From Salpingoeca rosetta (Eukaryota > Protista > Choanoflagellata), in NCBI GenBank assembly GCA_033442325.1, contig JAWQFM010000010.1, positions 1,422,019-1,486,018 of the forward strand: 64,000 bases of DNA, given 5' to 3'. The notes under the pieces were generated by a model. That model saw nothing but the letters and a program-made list of their open reading frames with translations, searched no databases and had not been told where the DNA came from. Each line of letters opens with the position of its first letter. Position 1 is the stretch's first letter. Shown here one piece after another: positions 55,324-64,000 of the stretch. A program made the translations under genes and the position numbers.

Positions 55324-55682
55324 AACAGCTCACATTGATGCCGACAAGGAGTGGAGGAGTTGGAGGATGAGGGTGGCAGCAGCATCAGCCATCATGTCAT
55401 GTGCTTCTCCTTTCTGCTCTGCCTCACTGCTGGTTTGTGTGCATCTTCTGTTAATTTTCCACGTGTGTAAATGAATACAGGATACGCCAGATAGCTTTTA
55501 CACCCGTGTACATTGACACCTATGTATATTTTCCAACAGTTTTACACGACACTGCCACACACACACACACACACCGCTCACTCACACCCAGCGCAAGCAA
55601 CCCAGAGATAGACGGGGGTGGCCGAGCTCGTTTCTGACAAAGACAGCCACCCAGCACACACACACACACACACACACAAGCC

Positions 55683-55876
55683 ATGTCGAGGGCACCGAAG
55701 CTCCCCAGCTTCATCGCCAGCCATTTGCAGGGCGCAAACGTGCCCCCTGGCGCAAGCAAGGAGTTTTGTAACCTGATCAAGGCGATTGGCGAGAGTGGAA
55801 CCAACCATGTACGTGTCATGCCAATGGCTGCGAGAGAGCCGATGTGGGGCCAACAACGCATGGGCGCTCACGCAAA

Positions 55877-55949
<73 letters not shown>

Positions 55950-57887
55950 TCACGTTCGTCCTATGTTGTTTGCACGAAAATGGTAGGAAGAGACACGCAT
56001 CATCGCCAAGGAGGCAAAAGTGTTGGAAGAGCGACTGCGCCAACCCAACATCACAAAGGTGTGTGTGTGTGTATGTGCGTGTTTGTGCGACCATCACTGC
56101 ACTTCTCCTTGCGCATGCTGTTGTGCGCTTGTTTCAAACGCTGCCTCGGCTCGTGTGGTGCACGCAACCACGCTGCACCTGCTGTCTCTCTTCTCATCAA
56201 AGCCACCACCACCACTGCTCACACTGGTCACACGCTTCCTCGCCCACACCATACAACACACACACACTCAACACACACACGCAGAAACAAATGAAAGAGT
56301 ACCTGATTCGTTTGTTGTACTGCGAGATGTTGGGGAAGGAGGTTTCGTTCGGATACATCCACGCCGTGAAATTCACCCAGCACTCCTCCCTCCTGGAGAA
56401 GCGCGTGGGCTACCTGGCCGTGAGCTTGCTTCTTCACGAGGACCACGAGCTCATCTACCTCCTCGTCAACACCATCCAACGCGATCTCCAGTCCACCAAC
56501 ATTGTCGAAATCTGCATGGCTCTTACCGTGGTACGTACAACCCCCCGTGTGCTGTGTCCAGTGGCTGTGGCTGTTTGGTGTCTGTTCACGCTTTTGAACG
56601 TTGTGTTTGGCTCCATATCTCGTCTCAACTCACATACACGCACACACACACACACTCTCTCTCTCTCTCGACCCTCTCTCTACCATCTCTCTGTCTCTCT
56701 CACCACACGTCATGCAGGTGTGCAAGCTGATCAACGCAGAAATGATCCCAGCTGTCCTGCAATACGTTGTGCCAGCGCTCGGCCACTCCCGTGAGATTGT
56801 CAGGAAGAAGGCTGTCCTCGCACTGCACCGCTTCTACCAACGTTCCCCAAGCAGCATCACACACCTCATGCCAAAGATTCGCCGCGCCCTCTACGACCAG
56901 GTACACATGACGATGCCTGTCTGCCCGTTGTACACTCAACAGACCCCTGAATTAGCACCTGTTGTTGTTCAGGCACGACTCTTGCTGCCCTCGACCTCGG
57001 TTTCTATTCTCCTCTCTTGTTCTTGCATCTTCTGCCGTCTCTCTCTTCTTCTTCTTCTTCTTCTTCTTCTTCTCGCATCCCCTCCCCTCTCTTCCCTGCC
57101 CCACTTCTCTCGCCTCCCATTTTATCCTTTCCTTTCCTTCCCTTTCTTCCTTTCTTCCTTTTTTCCTTTCCTTCCTCCGCACGTATGTGTCAGGCCTGCT
57201 CCCAATCGTGTTTTCGCATGGGAAAAAGGTTTTTGGAACTGCGGACAGACCAAACCCCCATTGACTTGGTGGTGGCTCGGTGGCGCTGGCGCTTGCTCGT
57301 GTGTTTCTTTTGGCACACCAGCTCGTGGGCTGACCGGTACCTTTTTTCCTCTGGTCATGCCCTTGCCACCGCGTGCGAGCTACACCCGCGCATTTCTCTC
57401 CCCCTCCCTTCCTGCTTCCTCTTCCCCCCTTTTCCTTTGCGTCACCCTGCACCCGTGCTTCATAATTTGCCGCCTTCGCACAACCTCACTCAACTCCCCC
57501 CTTTCCACTTGCGCAAACACAAATCACGCGCGACAACTTGCGTGCAATCTGAAGGATCCTGGTGTGATGGCAGCATCGCTCAACCTGTTTTACGACATGA
57601 TTGTGGACGACGCCAGCAAGAACAAGGACCTCGTCCCCAGTTTTGTGTCTGTCCTGAAGCAGGTCGTTGAGCACCGGCTGCCCAAGGACTTTGACTATCA
57701 CAAAGTGCCTGCGCCTTGGATGCAGATCAAGCTTCTCAAGATCCTGGCCCTGCTTGGCAAGGACGACCGCGCTGCCTCCGAGTCCATGTACGAGGTGCTT
57801 CGCGATTGTCTCCGCCGCGCAGACATCCAGAGCAGCGCCGCATACGGTCAGTCAGTGGCCCTTTCCGCTGTTGCTCCTGTTTGTTCG

Positions 57888-57920
<33 letters not shown>

Positions 57921-60900
57921 GTGTCATGGACAATACAAGTACACTGACTTGTGGTCACCACAATCACGATGTTGGCATTGTGTATGATTGTCCCCTGTCC
58001 CTCCCCTCCCCCTCCCTTCCCATCTCCCCTTCTCCCTGTCACTCACAACTCCTCATTGTCGTTGCGTGTTTGATTTACAGCTGTGCTATACCAGTGTGTG
58101 CTAACATGCACCCAGATTTACCCAAGCTCACAGCTGGTTGAGCTGGCTGCAAAGAGTGTTGGCCGCTTCCTGCGCACGGACAACAACAACCTCAAGTACC
58201 TCGGCATCACCGCGCTGGCCTCTGTTGTTTCCGTAAGTTCGAGGTGTCAGCCTGTCGTCGTTTTGTCATGATAACGACCACGATGTTATGTTTTCGGGGG
58301 TGCCTTGACACGGTTGCTGCACCTGACGTTTGTGGCGTGTGCCCTTGCAGTTCTCATTATCCATGTGTATATGTCCCTCACCCTTGTTCGTCTGTCTTGA
58401 CTTGGCACCCACTCAAAAACGCCCCCCCCCACACACACACACACTCTCTCTCTCTCTCCCTCTCCTTGCAGGTGAACCCGTCGTATGCGTCACCACACAA
58501 GGCGCTTGTGATTGAGTGCCTGGATGATCCCGACGAGACCCTGAAGCGGAAAACGCTCGATCTCCTCTGCAAGATGACAAACCCTGCAAACGTCAAAGTC
58601 ATTGTCGAAAAGCTCCTTGGGTACGTACATTGCTTCTTCCCCCTAGCAAGCACCTCGCTTCCTTTCTCCGCACAGAAGCTGGCTTCACATCTTACCTTCC
58701 TCCCTTTTTCTCTTCTCTCGACTGCACAACACAGCTTTCCTTCTTCTTCTGCCTCTCTCTCTCTCCCTCTCCCCCGTATACCAATGTCACACACGGCGTC
58801 TCATCGAAGCTTCAAAGCCATTTCAGTTGTCTCGTGGGCTTTGTTGTCAACAGTTTTTCAACGCCAACACCAAAAGCACGATTAATGGTCGCTGGTTGTC
58901 CTTTTTTCATCAGTAACACCCGTGGTTAACTAGCATTACCCAACGTGCGAACACGTGTATGGTTCTCTTCCTCTTCTTCCCCCGTGTTTTCTTCTCTGTT
59001 CATCTCTCTCGTTCTGTCATGCACGCACGCACTCTCACGCGCTTTCTTTTCCTGGTGGTTGTCGTTGGTGTCATCTCCCCATTCGTGTTATCCCGACTTC
59101 CCCATTCACCAACGTGTTTTTTCCTCCTCATAGGTATCTGAAATCCACGGTGGACACATACCTCCGCAAGGATCTCGTCCCGCGCATCATCGAGCTGGCG
59201 GAGCGCTATGCACCAGACAATGTCTGGTATGTCGAGGTACGTACACACACATCATGTAGCATTTTGGTGTACTTGGTCATGTCATGCCATCCGTTTCGTC
59301 CTCGAACACTGTCATCACCCTTTCACACACACACACACACACTCACGCGCACACACGCGCACACGCACACACGCACTCAAACTCAACTCACACACACGCA
59401 CACGCACGCACACTCGCCCGTTCATCTTTTTTGCCTCACATCTGCATTGTTGTTCTGAACAACAACCCCACCACCACTACCACTACCACCACCACCACCA
59501 CGACGCAGACGATCAACACGCTGTTCCAGACTGCCGGTGACTTGGTGCATGACCGCATTGCGCACAACCTGATGCGGCTGATCGCGGAGGGCACAGAGGA
59601 CGATGAGCTGGATGCTGAGCTGCGCGTGTTTGCCACGGAGAGCTACATTGAGCTGCTTGAAGAGCCCTCTTTGCCCGACGTCCTTGTGCAGACCATGGCG
59701 TGGGTCGTCGGCGAGTACGCGTATTTGGCTGAGGACTATGACCAGGAGATTGTGCTGCAGCTCGTCTGTGACCTGCTCAACCGCACGTACGATGACGAGG
59801 CCACCACCAAAGGCTGGATCATCACCGCCATTGCCAAGCTCGTTGCCCAGACGGGTCTGTTTCCCAACGCCGTGCGCGACCAGCTGCAAGTTTGGCTGTC
59901 CAGCGTGTCCAGTGACATCCAGCAGCGCTGCGCCGAGGTGCTCGCGCTGGTGCAGAACGGAAGCCTCATGCGCGAGGTGCTGCCCATTGACGCCAGCTGT
60001 GAGGACATTGAGGTTGACGAGGACTTGTCCTTCCTCGACTCGGTCGTCCAGACCGCGCTGCAGAACGGCGCCCGTCCCTATGAGGCGCACGACATCAACA
60101 TTCGCAAGGAGCAGCCCGCCCACACCACAGAGAGCACCAACGTGGCGTCCACCTTCAACTTTGAGCCGTACGAGGCGCCGCAAGACCCGGACCAGGCATC
60201 CTCGTCTGCGGCCTTCAACCAGTCCATCTTCTCCAACGCGCAAGCTGATCCGGTGTTGTCGCAGCTGCCCAGCCACCGCGGCGCAGGCGATGCCTCCAGC
60301 ACAGGCACGGGCAGAACAACCCCCACGGATGCGTCATCCACAGCTGCCAAGCCCTCGGCTGCCTCAGCACTGCAGGTCAAGGCCCGAAGATGGGGGCGTG
60401 GTGGTGATTTGGTCAAGAAACAACAGCAGCAGGCGGCCCAGGAGCAACCATCGACCACAGAGGCAGCCGAAGGCGCCAGCCACCAGCAGCAACAACAACA
60501 ACAGGAAGACCAGCAGCAACAGCAGCGACAAGAGGAAGAGGATCGGCGACGCCGCGAGGAGGAGGCAGCAGCCAAGCGCCAGGCCCAGCAGCGTGCTGCG
60601 TCACGACCCATGGACGAGGAGAAGCGGCAACTGGCGGACTCCATCTTCGTCTCTGCAGACAATGCACCCGTGTCGCCGCGCACCGCAAGGAGGTCGAGGG
60701 CGAAGAAAAGCCGGGCCGCGCGTGGCGCCAGGAGACGTGATGGCGGTGCCAGCACGGCAGCCAGGTCGGCAGCTCCCGTAGGCGACCTCCTGTCATTGGA
60801 TGATGAGCCACAGCAGCAGCAGCAGCAGCCATCTGCTGGTGATGACTTGATGGGGTTGGATCTTTTGGGTGATTCCCAACCCGCAGTCACGTCGACAACC

Positions 60901-62201
60901 ACAGCGTCCCATGCCCAACAGCAGGACGCAGCCGGCGACCTGCTCGGCGACTTTTTTGGGTCATCAACAACAACAACTGCGCCCAGTGCCACCACGAGCT
61001 CGTCGCCTCCCCCGCCATCATACGACAACTTCATGTCCAGCAGCTTGCCTGTTTCTAACGCTCAAGAGCAGCAGCAGCAGCAGACATCCGGCCAGGATTT
61101 GTTGGGCGGGCTGGATGATGATTTTGGCCTGGGCGGCCTGAGCATGTCCTCCTCCTCATCCCAGCAGCAACAGCCACAGTACGCCAGCTCGAGCACCAAC
61201 GGTGGTGGCGGCGGCATGGATCTGCTGTCCCTTGGCGGATTTGGCGAGTCATCGACCGATTCGACTGGTGGCGGTGATGGAGGCCTGCTCATGCCGAGCA
61301 ACTCGGCAGAGGCCACGACCAGCGCATCCACGGCGGGCGGCGATGGTGCCGAGGACGGCATTCCCGGCACGCTGCTGGTGAAGGACGACAACTTTGTTGT
61401 GTCGTACGTGAAGGAGCAGGCCGATGACTGCGTGCACGTGGATGTGCATGTGAAGAACATGACGAGCCACGTGTCGTCGGGGCTTGTGACGAAGCTCGAC
61501 GGCTCACGCGGGCTCGACCGTGTTGACGCACACAAGTTGGAGACCAAGTTTGGCATGAAGACGAGCGCCGGCGGCAGCGCCACTCAGCGTACGTCGTGGA
61601 TTGCAGCGAGCATTAGTGCTGGCATGTCCATCCAGGGGCAGACGACGTATCTGCAAGGCGGTGCGACGCGCACGCTGCGCTTCAAGATTCCGCTGAGTCC
61701 GCCCGACTTTTTGCGCCCATTGTCGCTCAGCACGGAGGAGTTTGGTGCCATGTGGCAGTCGCAGTGCACGGCCGAGCGTGCGCAGATGATTACGTCCTCC
61801 CCTGTGACAACGGTGGACGACCTCTCGTCGAGTGCGCTTGAGACACTGCACCTCTCGACTGTTGCCATCATTGGTGCCGAAGTCATTATGGCCGGACAGG
61901 TTTGTTGCTGTTGATTGGTTGTTGTTCTTGTTGCTGCTGTTGCTGTTGTTGTTCTTGCTGCTGCTTTCTTTGTCGCCATACCCCTCAGCTATCTCACATC
62001 TGCACTTGCCTCCTTCCCCCGTCTCCCACCCCCAAACAATCTCCATCGCTTTGCTTCTTGCAGCTGCTTAACAATTCGGACCGCGTGTGCCTGATTCACT
62101 GGCGTGTCGACGCACCTACGCTGCATGCTGCCGTTCGCACCAAGTCCATGCCATTTACGGAGGCTGTGCTGCAAGTGGTTGTGTCATCCTTCCGGTCGTG
62201 A
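55683..62201 (+). CDS. AP4E1: AP-4 complex subunit epsilon
   Basis: 'SKEFCNLIKAIGES', 'QMKEYLIRLLYCEMLG..FGYIHAVK..LEKRVGYLAVSLLLHEDHEL', 'HRLPKDFDYHKVPAPWMQIKLL', 'CLDDPDETLKRKTLDLL', 'VLPIDASCEDIEVDEDLSFLD'. Appendage 'DFLRPLSLSTEEFGAMW'. Confidence 0.95.
57176..57387 (+). ncRNA. Candidate intronic box H/ACA RNA with an extra spacer/hairpin after the H box (AP4E intron 56901-57554)
   Basis: Hairpin 1: TCCGCA/TGCGGA with upper stems AGGCCT/AGGTTT and TCCCA/TGGGA. H box AGACCA at 57247-57252. 3' hairpin: GCTTGC/GCGAGC, TGGCA/TGCCA, GGGC-TGACCGG/CTGGTCA-TGCCC. ACA at 57382-57384. Confidence 0.65.
58795..58956 (+). ncRNA. Candidate intronic box H/ACA snoRNA (AP4E intron 58621-59133)
   Basis: Hairpin 1: GGCGT/ACGCC with CAAAGCC/GGCTTTG. 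H box ACACCA at 58867-58872. Hairpin 2: GCACG/CGTGC with GCTGGTTG/TAACTAGC. ACA at 58951-58953. Confidence 0.65.
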
Positions 62202-62889
62202 TACCGGTGTTGGGTGGTCATTGACTGCGTCGTCGGACTCGCTCGACTGCAAGCGTCTCGCTGGCCCCATCATGGCTGTGTCAGTGTCAAGTTAGGAAAG
62301 ATGATGTGCTGTTTGTCGGCTTACATGTGACGCGTGGTGTCTCCTCTCCTTCCCCCCCCCTTCCTCCTTTCCTCCTTTCCCCCCTCGTTATTCTCCTTGT
62401 TCTTTTCTGTTCCCTTGCCCCTGTCCTGCGTTCCTTAGTGTCGCCATGTTCATACCCCCCCCCCCTCTCTCTCTCTCCCTCCTCGCTCAGCACACGCGCG
62501 TGCTGTGAGTGGTTCGTCTCAAACCACCTTCCTCCCTCTACCTTCCAATGGCCGTTGCTTGTTTCTTTGCAACAACGACAAGCAACCTGGTCGTTCTTAT
62601 TTGCCTGTGTTGTTTACTCGTGTATCTGGGCTGTTGGCTGCAGCCGTTAGTTACCCCCTCTCGCCCTTGCAACGCGTGCTGGCTGATGAAAGAACCAAAC
62701 GACAAAAACACCAATGCAGCAATAGGTGACGCCAGCGCAGTGCAATAACGGTCACGGCAACCGGCAGCTTGCAGCTGAGCAAAGTGTTCAACAGCAACCC
62801 CAGCACAGGCAAAGAGCAGCGGGTGAAGTCTGGGGCACACAAAACAACACGACGCACATGGCGATGAACAAGCCATGCGTCGTGTCTTG

Positions 62890-63717
62890 CTAATGATCTG
62901 GGGCCGATGAAGAGGGTATGTGTTGCTTGCGACCAGCGGACGATGCAGAAGTACGTTTGTGGCCGCTGCGAAGTTGGCGCGAGCTTGTGGCGCTGCTGTG
63001 GGCGTCCGTGGCTCGCGCAGCGGACCGTGTGCTCCTCCTTGGTCGGCCTCTTCCAGTTGAAGAAGATGACGAAGAAGAAGAAGAACAAGTCTTGGGGTTC
63101 TTTCTGGACGGGCTGCGCCTCCCGCCTTCATCCCCGTCACGCACGCCAGCGTCTTGTCCCTGCTCTCGTTCTTTTTCCTTGCCTGCCTTCTCCCCTTTCC
63201 CTTTTCCTTTCCCTTCTTCGTGTTGTCTGCCCTCTGCTGGTTGTTGGGCGTGTCCTCTACGAGCGCGTGTGCCGCTGGCGTTTTGTTTCGGTTGCAGTGC
63301 ATCCTCTTGTTTGTGCTGGTTGCGCTCCTCCTTCTTTTGTCTGCGCTGGATGCGTTTGAAGGCGCGGATGAGATGTTCTTCTTCCCGAAGAGCCTGAGCA
63401 CGCTGGGCCAGGAGCTCGGTGTATCTTGCCTGCAGGTTGTCCAGCAGCTCTTGCTGCACACTGCACAGTGACTGTGCGTTCTCAATCACCCCCGTGTAAA
63501 ACCGCTTGAGCGCCTCTGTCTCATGCTCCAACAGCACACTGTGGTCACCGATGTGGCTGTTGCTGTTGCTGCTGCTCTTGGTGTTACTACTTCTGTCGCT
63601 GCCATTGCCGTTCACTGTGGCTGCAGCCGCGGTGCTCTCGCTCGCTTGCTTGGTGCTCGCACGCGCCACACTGCGCGCGCTCACCCGCGCCTTTGTGTTT
63701 CTTGGCCGCCCGCTCAT
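62890..63717 (-). CDS. Hypothetical basic protein (~275 aa) with central coiled coil and AT-hook-like GRGRPRR motif
   Basis: Open frame from MSGRPRNTK. Heptad-like 'VQQELLDNLQARYTELLAQRAQALREEEHLIRAFKRIQRRQKKEE'. 'TGRGRPRRS'. Upstream exons outside the window cannot be excluded. Confidence 0.6.
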   Translation of the reverse strand: MSGRPRNTKARVSARSVARASTKQASESTAAAATVNGNGSDRSSNTKSSSNSNSHIGDHSVLLEHETEALKRFYTGVIENAQSLCSVQQELLDNLQARYTELLAQRAQALREEEHLIRAFKRIQRRQKKEERNQHKQEDALQPKQNASGTRARRGHAQQPAEGRQHEEGKGKGKGEKAGKEKEREQGQDAGVRDGDEGGRRSPSRKNPKTCSSSSSSSSSTGRGRPRRSTRSAARATDAHSSATSSRQLRSGHKRTSASSAGRKQHIPSSSAPDH

Positions 63718-63861
63718 CCGCGGCTTTGATGATGGTGGCGGGTTTGGAATAATGGTACAAGACATACATAAAACCGCCGCCACCCCAACGACCACAACAA
63801 CAACAAGCACCAAACATCGAAGAAGGTGAAGGGAGACGGGGAACAAGAACAAGGCAGACAG

Positions 63862-63892
<31 letters not shown>

Positions 63893-64000
63893 CTGGGTAG
63901 GCAGTGGTGGCAGCTGAGCGGCCTGTCAAAAAGCAAGCAGCCTGTCCCAAGCAAGCGACTTGTCACAAGCAAGTGGCCTGACAATAGCGGCGGCGTGGTA

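Noticed and set aside
57176-57387. Identification of the long H/ACA candidate as U17/snR30, U19 or telomerase RNA
   Set aside because: No m1/m2 motifs, no helix-69 guide sequences and no telomeric template seen nearby.
58238-58312. Hairpin followed by ACA in an AP4E intron
   Set aside because: No H box or second hairpin.

Overview
Eukaryotic, GC-rich, intron-dense DNA with (GT)n/(CA)n microsatellites in most introns. The style and gene content suggest a choanoflagellate, most likely Salpingoeca rosetta (inference). Most six-frame ORFs are microsatellite artefacts, so spliced gene models were assembled by eye from GT-AG boundaries and homologies are from memory, not from searches. Gene order: 3' part of UTP20 (+, apparently internally deleted); a decayed intron-containing IS630-Tc1-mariner transposase with DD83E spacing (-); a TIR/HET-like domain + 8 TPR + CaaX protein (+); SHKBP1/KCTD3 (-); an ACC-synthase-like PLP enzyme (+); a secreted Sushi-like/coiled-coil/TNFR-like/PA14-like protein (+); an intronless F-box-like/LRR gene (-); XRN1 (+); an FRMPD4-like WW-PDZ-FERM gene (+); CK2 alpha (-); cyclin L (+); AP-4 epsilon (+); an orphan coiled-coil/AT-hook ORF (-). 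The most interesting signals are three candidate intronic box H/ACA RNAs (cyclin L and AP4E introns), the putative lipid-anchored TIR/HET-TPR receptor, the PA14-type lectin, a zinc-knuckle/polyQ insert inside the transposase catalytic domain, a ~600-aa disordered insert in XRN1, and clathrin-box motifs in the AP-4 epsilon hinge.
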